This document shows, one piece after another, positions 7,543 through 15,982 of a stretch of DNA of 64,000 nt. The DNA is taken from the NCBI GenBank assembly GCA_049513715.1, contig JBEKVV010000002.1, positions 416,001-480,000 of the forward strand, given 5' to 3'. Position numbers and translations under genes: made by a program. Each line of letters opens with the position of its first letter. Position 1 is the stretch's first letter. The notes below the pieces were generated by a model. It was not told the origin of the DNA. It did not search any database and saw only the letters and a program-made list of their open reading frames with translations. The DNA is from Candidatus Bathyarchaeia archaeon. Lineage in GTDB: Archaea; Thermoproteota; Bathyarchaeia; 40CM-2-53-6.

Positions 7543-9975
7543 TTGGCTCATTGTAATCTTCGATCCGTTCTCGTCTGCACGCTCGTATTACTAACCGTGG
7601 TCAGTGGAGCTCTTGTAGCGACCCCGCCGCCTCCAGTAAATGGTGATGGTACGTCCACGTACAATCTTTGGGTCACGGTGGAGCCGACTGGCGCTGGAAC
7701 CGTTCAACTAAGCCCCGTGGGAACCGCGTGTCCCACCCCGGCTGGTGTAACTAAGTGTGCAGCCTATACTACGGCATTAAGCCCTCCGTATGGTCCAACC
7801 GTATCGTTCACGGCAACGCCCGCGTCCGGCTACTATTTTGTGGCTTGGGCGTTGAATGGTTCGTATCTGTCGACAGGGATTCCGGCCAATAACCCTGACA
7901 CTTGGGTGATGAACGCCAGCTACGCCTTGACCGCCTACTTCCAGGCAGAATCGGAACCAATGGGTCAGAACCAATGGGTAAGATACCCAGGAAACCCGGT
8001 CCTAACTGCAAACCCCAACCCTTCGGCTTGGGATAACAATATGGTATTTGTCCCCAGGCCATTCGTATTCCCCAACGGCACCTTTGGGATGGCATACCTC
8101 GGTTGCTGTAACGCTGGCCGTCAAATTGGTCTAGCTACAAGCCCGGACGGGAGCACCTGGACAAGAGTCAACAATGTCACCAACAGCGGCCCAATCTTGA
8201 CGCGCGGAAGCTCTGGACAATGGGACAATTCCTCGGTAATCGTGGGCAGCATCTTCTACGATTCCTCCAGATCCCAGTATCTATTATACTACTCAGGCCG
8301 CAACCACGTCATCGACGGAGTACATAACGTTCAATGTGGAATCGGCGTAGCCTACTCATCTGACGCCATCAATTGGTATAAGTCCAGCCATAACCCAATC
8401 TTCCAAACGGCTCCTGCAATTTTGACTAATTCAGGGTCATGTCAGAACAATCCATCGGTTGTCAAGGTTGGGGGCACATACAAGATGTGGTATGGCAGGA
8501 ATGGCGCCGTTAAGTTTGCAACATCCTCGAACGCAGAAACCGGTTGGAGTAATAGTCCCAATCTTGACTCAAACCCGACGGTCTTCACCCCGACATGCCA
8601 CAGTTACAGTGGACCCGGAACTTGGTGCTACGGTGCCGACCCGGTTCTGGCACCTGGCCCTTGGGATAGCGATTACGTTTACGCTCCGATAGTAGTATAT
8701 GACCCGGCCGCGAACAATTTCAAGATGTTCTACTCAGCCACGGACGGAAGTGGTGAGTCGCCCTTCACCAGTGGGTATGGTGCGGTTGACCTTACGGGGT
8801 TCGCAACCTCACCTGATGGGGTTAGCTGGACGAGGGATCCTGGGAGCCCTATAATTGCCCCCGTTCCCGGAGGTTGGGATAACGGTGATTCAACTGACAA
8901 TGCTGGAGTGTTGTTGGTTAACGGTCAGTTGTTCGTTTACTATTCAGGGGACACATTCACCAATCAAACGTGCCTCGAGAGTGGAAGTAGTAGTGTCCAC
9001 GGGACGGGGACTTGTCCCGTCTCTAACAACCCATTCATTGGTGCCCCCTCCCACTTCTTAAACTACAGCATCGGGGAGGCCTACAGCCTCCAATCGTCCA
9101 GCCTCTCGGGCGAGGTTGTGATCACGGGGGATTCGCCGATTAATGTTCTTGCGACCGACCCGCTTGGTAGAGTTGTGGGGGCCAATGCTACAACTACCTT
9201 CAACGACATTCCTGGTGCTACTTACAGTGGGCTTGGGACTGAGCCTCAGAAAATTACGATTCCAAATCCGGTTCCGGGGGCTTACTCGATTAAGGTGTTT
9301 GGAATAGGACTCGGCCCTTTTCATATGAAAATGCAAACCATAAGTAATGGAGGGAGCGTGGTCGGGACCCAGAATTTCAGTGGGCAGGCGAGTGTAGGGA
9401 GCAACAGCTCCTTCAGTCCGGGGTTGGATCCTTCCGGTGCCGTCACCCCCAACGGTTACGATATAAGGCTGAGTGCGGGTTGGAATCTGGTCTCGTTGCC
9501 GCTCGTGCCGTTGAGCACGAAGATTGGCTCGGTTCTTGGAGGGTTGATTGTTGCGAAGGACTTCACAGTCGTCTGGGCCTATCAGGGTGGTAAGTGGAGT
9601 TCTGCGTCGTTGAGCAAGGGCAAGTTGTCTGGCTCCCTCACAACCATGCAGGACGGCGTTGGTTACTGGATCTACATGACTAAGGCTGACACGTTGAACG
9701 TGGACGGTTGTGTGTTTGCTCCTCCACCAGCTTCTCCGCCGACGTATAGCCTATCGGTAGGCTGGAACCTGATCGGGTTCAAGCCTGAACCGACGGTAGT
9801 GCCTGAACAAGTGGGCCAGTACCTGACAAGCATCTCGGGCAGCTATGACCCGAGCAACGTCTGGGTTTACGACAACACGAGCCAATCATGGATTCGAGCG
9901 AACTCATCTTACATGATTCAGCCAGGGCAAGCCATGTGGGTTCGTATGACCGCAGCCGGCACACTCAGACCATAG
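7543..9975 (+). CDS. Secreted five-bladed beta-propeller glycoside hydrolase-like protein with InlB-B-like and C-terminal GWNL repeats
   Basis: Signal peptide; repeated IGLATSPDGxxW / NPIF / WD motifs; LSAGWNLVSLP and LSVGWNLIGF. Confidence 0.7.
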   Translation: MAHCNLRSVLVCTLVLLTVVSGALVATPPPPVNGDGTSTYNLWVTVEPTGAGTVQLSPVGTACPTPAGVTKCAAYTTALSPPYGPTVSFTATPASGYYFVAWALNGSYLSTGIPANNPDTWVMNASYALTAYFQAESEPMGQNQWVRYPGNPVLTANPNPSAWDNNMVFVPRPFVFPNGTFGMAYLGCCNAGRQIGLATSPDGSTWTRVNNVTNSGPILTRGSSGQWDNSSVIVGSIFYDSSRSQYLLYYSGRNHVIDGVHNVQCGIGVAYSSDAINWYKSSHNPIFQTAPAILTNSGSCQNNPSVVKVGGTYKMWYGRNGAVKFATSSNAETGWSNSPNLDSNPTVFTPTCHSYSGPGTWCYGADPVLAPGPWDSDYVYAPIVVYDPAANNFKMFYSATDGSGESPFTSGYGAVDLTGFATSPDGVSWTRDPGSPIIAPVPGGWDNGDSTDNAGVLLVNGQLFVYYSGDTFTNQTCLESGSSSVHGTGTCPVSNNPFIGAPSHFLNYSIGEAYSLQSSSLSGEVVITGDSPINVLATDPLGRVVGANATTTFNDIPGATYSGLGTEPQKITIPNPVPGAYSIKVFGIGLGPFHMKMQTISNGGSVVGTQNFSGQASVGSNSSFSPGLDPSGAVTPNGYDIRLSAGWNLVSLPLVPLSTKIGSVLGGLIVAKDFTVVWAYQGGKWSSASLSKGKLSGSLTTMQDGVGYWIYMTKADTLNVDGCVFAPPPASPPTYSLSVGWNLIGFKPEPTVVPEQVGQYLTSISGSYDPSNVWVYDNTSQSWIRANSSYMIQPGQAMWVRMTAAGTLRP

Positions 9976-10043
9976 CAACGCTCCCACAAGGGCCTATCAC
10001 CCGCTAGGGCACGAACCACCTAAAACCTCACAATAACAAGACT

Positions 10044-10069
10044 CTAGACCAGGCTAGACTACGGCCGCA
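10044..10069 (-). repeat. Duplicated 5' 25 nt of tRNA-Gly (att-like)
   Basis: Exact 26-nt match to 3889-3914. Confidence 0.85.
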
Positions 10070-10219
10070 TTTGCAGCAAACCAACTCTACCACATCTACG
10101 CCTCAATATTTCAATTATGAGCCTCATGTTCATCCTGTCATTTCCACAGTCCAGACATGACCTTTCCCAAACCTCAAGAATGCTGAGAGTACTGTGCAAT
10201 CACCAGGACGTAGGGTTGA

Positions 10220-10969
10220 TTGAAAGCGAGAGGGGCTTGGTATGCGCAAGGCGGAGGCAGGGTGCGCGAGTTCTACACAATCATGCATCTGCCGTATACG
10301 TCAATGGTGCTCTCCTACATACTAATCGGCGCAGCCGTCTCCCCGCACATGTACCCAGACAGAGTCGGCCTTACGATCCTAGCCTATTTCCTAGGGTTGG
10401 GATTGTCTGCGCACGCATTGAATGAGTTGCACGCGAATCACTGGACTGAGGCATTAGGAAAGCGTGAGCTCACGGCAATCTTTCTGATACCGCTTCTCCT
10501 GGCACTGAGCATCGGAATCTACGCCGTCGTCTACTTGTACGCACTGTCCTATTCAATCGTTCCACCATTGGTTCTGATGGTCTTCATCGTTCTGGAGGTG
10601 TTCTTTCTCTTCGCGTACAATACTGATGCCTTCGGAGGGATCTTTCACAATGACTTGTCGTTTGCTTTCTCGTGGGCGGCACTACCGGCCCTGATAAGCT
10701 ACTACGCAAACGCCTTGACAATTACGATTGGAGCCGTTTTGGTTGCTTTGGCTATGGCGGCTACGGCGGGCATTGAAATCAACCTGTCGCGCTGGTGCAA
10801 AGACTTCCGCCGAAGAAAGCCCCTGGCTGAGATGCGGTTCGCTGATGGAAGCCAAGAGGCCATAGGCACTGTTCAGCTTCTAGCCCGGCCAGAGAAAGCA
10901 CTGAAACTCATCGTGGCAGCCGTTGACCTGATCGCAATCGGTCTGGTTGTGTACAGGTTGTCTCCTTAG
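10220..10969 (+). CDS. Multi-pass membrane protein, UbiA prenyltransferase-like (degenerate motifs)
   Basis: Several TM segments; HALNEL in place of NDxxD; LFAYN; upstream of UbiE-like MTase. Confidence 0.55.
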   Translation: MKARGAWYAQGGGRVREFYTIMHLPYTSMVLSYILIGAAVSPHMYPDRVGLTILAYFLGLGLSAHALNELHANHWTEALGKRELTAIFLIPLLLALSIGIYAVVYLYALSYSIVPPLVLMVFIVLEVFFLFAYNTDAFGGIFHNDLSFAFSWAALPALISYYANALTITIGAVLVALAMAATAGIEINLSRWCKDFRRRKPLAEMRFADGSQEAIGTVQLLARPEKALKLIVAAVDLIAIGLVVYRLSP

Positions 10970-11001
10970 GTTTTTTGATGACGTTTGCGGGGTTGAATCT
11001 C

Positions 11002-11718
11002 ATGGAAATTCCGACAGGTTTCGGTGACAAAGCTAGGTTCGTGCGAGTAATCTTCACCGACGTGCAACGTGAGTACGACCTCCTTCTCCACCTCCTAACG
11101 TTTGGCATGGATTGGGCTTGGAGAAGGCGCCTGCTCTCAAGAATCACATGCCGCGAGTCGCTTCGCGTTTTGGATTTGGCGTGTGGGACGGGGCTGATCA
11201 CGTTTCCCTTGCAGCGGCTCGCGGGTGAGGGTGGTTTGGTTGTGGGACTCGACCCGAGCATTTCGATGCTGCAGCCAGCCGTTGCAAGAAAGCACCGCAA
11301 TGGTCTCGCAATTGAGTTTGTGCGGGCAGTTGGCGAGTACATGCCTTTTCGAGACAGGGTCTTTGATTATGAGACAGTGGGATTGGCTTTGCGCAATTTC
11401 GGCGATAAAGAGATGCTGTTCAAAGAAGCGCGAAGAACGCTTGCTGATGCGGGCTGGTTCTTGTCGGTGGACTTCGTCCTTCCCAACAGATCGCTGATTC
11501 GCAAGATGTACCTGCTCTATGTTTTGAAAGTATTCCCAGCCGTTGGGAAATTGGTATCAGAAAGTTGGCACCGAACGTTCATCTACTTGGGAAAGTCAAT
11601 CCAACTCTCAACGCCACCTCCGGAAATCTGTAAAATGCTATCAGCCACTGGCTTTCAGCAAACGTTCTTTCAGAATGCCACCCTCGGAGTCGTGGCACTC
11701 GTCGGAGCCCAGAAGTGA
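11002..11718 (+). CDS. UbiE/MenG family SAM-dependent methyltransferase
   Basis: YDLLLHLLTFGMDWAWRR; VLDLACGTG; ALRNF. Confidence 0.85.
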   Translation: MEIPTGFGDKARFVRVIFTDVQREYDLLLHLLTFGMDWAWRRRLLSRITCRESLRVLDLACGTGLITFPLQRLAGEGGLVVGLDPSISMLQPAVARKHRNGLAIEFVRAVGEYMPFRDRVFDYETVGLALRNFGDKEMLFKEARRTLADAGWFLSVDFVLPNRSLIRKMYLLYVLKVFPAVGKLVSESWHRTFIYLGKSIQLSTPPPEICKMLSATGFQQTFFQNATLGVVALVGAQK

Positions 11719-11866
11719 AGCACTTGAGTATCTCCCTATTAATGGATCATGGCTCCTTGTTCGTTGATGATGTGTGTGCTCTCTGGTGCGAAATGCTTTG
11801 ACCCCGTAGGTTTTTCAACCTGAGGGCAGAGAACACTATTTCCGGCGAGGCGCGGGGAGTCTGGAT

Positions 11867-12457
11867 TTGAAGTGGACATCTGAACTGCCTCGAACAGAGG
11901 GTGGCTGGCGCACCATCCTCGCTGACCCACCATGGCACGAACAAGGATCAGGCAGATGCATTAGAGGAGCACAGAAATACTACCCCCTGATGAGTGAGGA
12001 AGAAATCTGCGCAATTCCACTGCGAGAAATCGTGGCCGACCAAGCCCATCTCTATCTTTGGGCAACTAACAACCATTTTCCTTCAGCACTCACAGTCATG
12101 GAGACATGGGGTTTCACATACAAGACATGCATCACATGGGCCAAGACGTCAGCCGGTTTCGGCTTGGGCCAATACTTCAGGGGAATGACCGAGCATTGCC
12201 TTTTCGGAACTCGTGGACCGACCTTGCCCTATCGCAAGAAACACGACGGCAAGAGAGCCCAGGGCACGACTTTGATCCTTGCCCCACGCGGAGAGCATTC
12301 TGTAAAGCCTGCGAAGATCTATGAGTTCGCAGAGACGGTGAGCTACGAACCTAGACTTGAATTGTTTGCCAGGCAGAAACGACAGGGTTGGACCGTATGG
12401 GGCTTAGAGGCACCGACCGCATCGCAGTCCCTCCTCGATCACACGTTTTCAAGATAA
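11867..12457 (+). CDS. MT-A70 family N6-adenine methyltransferase
   Basis: ILADPPW, HLYLWATN, WGFTYKTCITWAK, GLGQYFRGMTEHCLFG, HSVKP, RLELFAR, GWTVWG. Confidence 0.9.
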   Translation: MKWTSELPRTEGGWRTILADPPWHEQGSGRCIRGAQKYYPLMSEEEICAIPLREIVADQAHLYLWATNNHFPSALTVMETWGFTYKTCITWAKTSAGFGLGQYFRGMTEHCLFGTRGPTLPYRKKHDGKRAQGTTLILAPRGEHSVKPAKIYEFAETVSYEPRLELFARQKRQGWTVWGLEAPTASQSLLDHTFSR

Positions 12458-12546
12458 GTGAAGTTGGCAACTTCCAAAATCTCATCGAAGTTCTTATGCC
12501 GAAGGATCTATAGATCCATGAGTACGATTACGCTTAGCGTGTAATC

Positions 12547-13098
12547 TTGTCTCGGACTAGAATTCAGCAACAAGGCGACTTGGGCCAAAGAGCGGTTTGT
12601 AAGTACTGTATCTGCCCGAAGTGCAAGAAAGGAAGACTCAAGCAACTCATAGGCGGTTTCAAATGCGCAGATGTGATTTGCGATTTTTGCGGCTTTGTAG
12701 CCCAGGTGAAAGCTCCTGCGGTGAGAACAGCGAGTGACAGAGTGTTGACGATACTCGGTGGCGCGTGGAAAGTTCAGGAGGAGAAACTGAACGCGGGGAT
12801 TTATCACCCATTGTATATCGTCAAGATCGTTAATGGCAAACCTGTTGCGATTGATTACATAGCTGCTGACTTTCTAAGACCCGAAATGTACGTAGCAAGG
12901 AAAGCACTTAGTGCAAAGGCGAGGCGCGCGGGTTGGCAAGGGTTCATTTACGATTTAAGAAAGCTCGATGACCATGTCGTAGTCGAAGTATGGCCGAATT
13001 TGAGTCCACCGAAGACTGAAACGAAGCCACAGACAACTGACAAGTCAAAAGGAACAGAAAAGCAATCGATAGATACGAGACTAGATCGGTTTCGCTGA
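12547..13098 (+). CDS. DpnI/Dam-replacing-protein-like nuclease domain
   Basis: CPKC..ADVICDFC..QVK, ILGGAW, RKALSAKARRAGWQG resemble the DpnI N-terminal domain. Confidence 0.7.
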   Translation: MSRTRIQQQGDLGQRAVCKYCICPKCKKGRLKQLIGGFKCADVICDFCGFVAQVKAPAVRTASDRVLTILGGAWKVQEEKLNAGIYHPLYIVKIVNGKPVAIDYIAADFLRPEMYVARKALSAKARRAGWQGFIYDLRKLDDHVVVEVWPNLSPPKTETKPQTTDKSKGTEKQSIDTRLDRFR

Positions 13099-13163
13099 CC
13101 CGTTCACATCGATCGCTCGCAAGTGTGAAATAACAGCTGTGAAAGTGATTGTTGGCGTCCTAA

Positions 13164-13670
13164 TTGTCGGAAAGGCGGCTCAGGTTCAGGATAAGGCGCG
13201 GTAACTTTGAGGTGGAGCTTGAAGGAGACCATGAGTATGTACGTGGCAAGTTTGAGGAGTTGCTCCAATCTCAACCCACAGCTGCCCTAGCTACATCATC
13301 GGGCGGCGGCGACCAATCAGTTGAAGCAATCGTTCCTGGTGAGGAGTTGGTGGGGATTTTGGAGGCGACGCCGGATGGTAAGTTGCATTTTACGATTCCG
13401 TTTGATAGGATTTCGGCGAAGGAAGCCATCGGCTTAATCCTATACAGCGGTAACCCGTCTCCGGTTGAGGATGCGAAGTTGATTGAGTGGCTGGGGACGA
13501 GTTGGAAGGCGGTTAAGGATAATGTGGTTCGCGCTCGGGTGAGCGAGTTAAGGAAGGAGGGCAAGCTTATCGCAGAACAGGGTCGCTACTCGCTCTCAGG
13601 CGCAGGCTTGCAGTGGATCACGCAGGAGGTTCTCCCGAAACTCCGCCCGCCACCATCCACCACACAGTAA
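13164..13670 (+). CDS. Winged-helix protein, paralog 1
   Basis: N-term FRIRRGNFEVELEG; C-term VRARVSELRKEGKLIAEQGRYSLSGAG. Confidence 0.75.
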   Translation: MSERRLRFRIRRGNFEVELEGDHEYVRGKFEELLQSQPTAALATSSGGGDQSVEAIVPGEELVGILEATPDGKLHFTIPFDRISAKEAIGLILYSGNPSPVEDAKLIEWLGTSWKAVKDNVVRARVSELRKEGKLIAEQGRYSLSGAGLQWITQEVLPKLRPPPSTTQ

Positions 13671-13958
13671 CCTGCAAGCTCTCGCCGCAACTAGTTCCTT
13701 TTCAGCGCGGCTAGTTATGGTTGGGGTGCGAAGAGGTCCCATTTCGTGTAGAAAGAGGGCCCACTTCACCGGTCGGGTTCAAGGAAATTGGCACAACACG
13801 ACTAGGTCTCAGGTAGGACGGTTCACAGCCCCGGACAACAGGTTACTGCTGATTGGTTGGTAGCTAGGTTGTTTTGGCCTCTTGCTGTGAATTGTCCTGG
13901 GAAAACCCAAGGCAGGGTGTCGGGCACGTGTTTGTTTTGGTCTGAGAGAGAGGGGAGG

Positions 13959-14242
13959 GGTGACATCACTTGATGGTGAGGTTCGCAAGATTGGACACAC
14001 CCGATGTTTGGGTGTGGCTCTTTTCATACATCCTCCGCGGGTCAGGTGAGGGCCTCAAGGTGTAATGCACCCGATGATTGGGTGCAATGCTCCCTATGCA
14101 GTACCCCTACCGGGGGGGTCACCTAAGCGTTGGGTGATTTCACCCTGCAGGAAACATGAGGGCTTCAAGGTGACAGTCACCTGATGTTTGGGTGCACCCT
14201 TTCCTCCGCGGGTGTATACACCCAAACGTTGGGTGTATACAC
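13959..14242. repeat. Array of 17-bp palindromes CACCYRANNNTTGGGTG (copy 2)
   Basis: Copies at 13998, 14068, 14120, 14178, 14219; 40-bp direct repeat 14047-14086/14157-14196 (33/40). Confidence 0.85.
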
Positions 14243-14300
14243 TTCTACCTGTCAAAGTGATTCCGTCGCCTACGTTGCCGAATACTCGCGGTCGTGGACT

Positions 14301-14606
14301 TCATGTGCGTTGGGTGGATGTGCTTTCGGCAGCATGGTGTCCTTTGAGTCGAGTGTTATCTTTGGTTTGTTGAAGCCACCGGAGGCGTTCTGCTCCGCGT
14401 TCTGAAAGTGAGTAAACTAGTACTCCTCCCTGCCGTTCTCGTTTCAATAGGCCAAGTTTGTAGTATCGCATCAACGCCATCCGGAGCGCATGAATCTCAA
14501 CCAAGATTCCGATGGGGGCCAGTCTTTTCGCTAGGGCTTCGCTATCTGTGGGGCCGACTTCAGAGAGCGCCTGAAGAATGACCAGTTTGAGTTGGTTATA
14601 GTCCAA
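14301..14606 (-). CDS. Small PadR-like winged-helix protein
   Basis: LVILQALSE...ALRMALMRYYKLGLLKRERQGGVLVYSLSERG. Confidence 0.75.
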   Translation of the reverse strand: MDYNQLKLVILQALSEVGPTDSEALAKRLAPIGILVEIHALRMALMRYYKLGLLKRERQGGVLVYSLSERGAERLRWLQQTKDNTRLKGHHAAESTSTQRT

Positions 14607-14840
14607 ACCTAGCCCTCACGTCCCCTTGAAGCGGCTGTCGCACGGTCGCCGTTGAGCTGGTGCACGTTAGATGGCCAATGAGCTGAAGGTGAGTAACACC
14701 TCGCAGAACTCTCAGCTCTGACACAATCTTGTATGGCAATGCACATTGCAACGTGCATGACGATGAGTAACACCTAGCAGGAATATTGCGCACTTCAAAG
14801 CTTATATGCTTTGCGAGAGTGAATGTGAAGTGAAAGTAAA

Positions 14841-15368
14841 ATGTCGGAAGGCCAACAGCAGCTCTCAAGCGTAGGACAACCACTAGACGTCACAATCAAG
14901 TACGGCTCACTGGAGAAAAAAATCACCGGCCAACCCGAACTCGTCATCAAAGAAGTCCTCACATTTCTAACAAAAATCATCCCCACGCTCGAACTTGCAT
15001 CGCACCTCGCACTCTCAGTCGACCTAAACGAACTAGCCCAAGCCTGCCAAGGCGTTCTCGCCGTAACCCCTGAAGGCGTAGTGGTCACCGTCCCAATCGA
15101 GAGCCTAGCTGATCGGGAGCTCATTCTACTCCACTTGGCCAAAGCTCGAATCGCTCAAATGCTCGGCAAGTCCGACAAGGACTATGTCCAATCAGCCGAC
15201 TTGATTGCGGCCACGAAACGAACCTCCGGAACCGTAGCAGGCCGCCTCAGCGAACTCTGCGGAGAAAACTTGGCGGAAAGAAAGGGCAAAGGCGAGTACC
15301 GCGCCACAACCCTCGGCCTACACATCTTCCGAGAGCAAATCCTTCCGAAACTGAAACCAAAAACATAG
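14841..15368 (+). CDS. Winged-helix protein, paralog 2
   Basis: GVLAVTPEG; TVAGRLSELCGENLAERKGKGEYRATTLG; ends EQILPKLK like paralog 1 QEVLPKLR. Confidence 0.75.
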   Translation: MSEGQQQLSSVGQPLDVTIKYGSLEKKITGQPELVIKEVLTFLTKIIPTLELASHLALSVDLNELAQACQGVLAVTPEGVVVTVPIESLADRELILLHLAKARIAQMLGKSDKDYVQSADLIAATKRTSGTVAGRLSELCGENLAERKGKGEYRATTLGLHIFREQILPKLKPKT

Positions 15369-15380
15369 GAGTCGCAAACA

Positions 15381-15884
15381 GTGTCAAGAACAGAAACTGT
15401 GCAAATCAAAATCCAGGTTGAAGTCAACGGGTTACATTACGAAGCCTCAGGGTCTGTTGAGGAGATTGTTCCGCAACTTCTCCAGTTCCTATCACAGGCA
15501 GTCCCGACGTACGATTTGGCGAAGAGGCTCGTCTTTGTCCCTGACCTAGCCGGTTTGACCGACAAGGTGTCAGACTTCGCAAAGATGACTGCCACAGGAC
15601 AACTGCTGCTCACTCGCAATGATATCCCAGCGGACCGGGCTATCTCAATTCTACTATTCATGGCCCACCTTGCCGGCAAGATGGGCAAACGGGAATCAGA
15701 TTCCTTGAGCATCGAGGAGATCGCAACCGGCGTTGGCAAGGCGCCCAAGACCATTAGGAACGTGATCGTTGAACTCCAAAAATCCGCGCTCATTGACCGA
15801 ACGGATAGGGGAAAGTATCGGGTCACTCAGAAGGGTTTGATGCAACTCGAAACTTTCCTGCTCAACGGAGGCGCTTCAAAGTAG
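15381..15884 (+). CDS. Winged-helix protein, paralog 3
   Basis: AGGAG RBS; LSIEEIATGVGKAPKTIRNVIVELQKSALIDRTDRGKYRVTQKG. Confidence 0.75.
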   Translation: MSRTETVQIKIQVEVNGLHYEASGSVEEIVPQLLQFLSQAVPTYDLAKRLVFVPDLAGLTDKVSDFAKMTATGQLLLTRNDIPADRAISILLFMAHLAGKMGKRESDSLSIEEIATGVGKAPKTIRNVIVELQKSALIDRTDRGKYRVTQKGLMQLETFLLNGGASK

Positions 15885-15982
15885 CACGAGGTGCCCACCA
15901 AAATCATGGCCCTTACTCAAGGTGAGGGTGCGGCGGCGCGGGAGTTTCGGGGGAAACAGCCCGCAACGGGGGCGAGAGTAAC

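Larger units (their letters stand above)
3889..10069. mobile_element. Putative integrated island bounded by 26-bp direct repeats of the tRNA-Gly 5' end; no integrase inside
   Basis: CTAGACCAGGCTAGACTACGGCCGCA at 3889-3914 and 10044-10069. Confidence 0.6.

Noticed and set aside
10044..10069. 5' piece of a split tRNA-Gly (as in Caldivirga)
   Set aside because: Identity stops within the D-stem, no BHB-forming leader or partner is visible, and an intact gene exists; att-site is the simpler reading, though not fully excluded
14140..14162. Orc1/Cdc6 ORB box (CCTGCAGGAAACATGAGGG)
   Set aside because: Single poor match to TCCA-N3-GAAAC, no AT-rich unwinding element, no cdc6 in the window
13998..14242. 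CRISPR array
   Set aside because: Repeats are only 17 bp and degenerate in the middle, spacing is irregular (41-70), spacers share sequence, and there are no cas genes in the window
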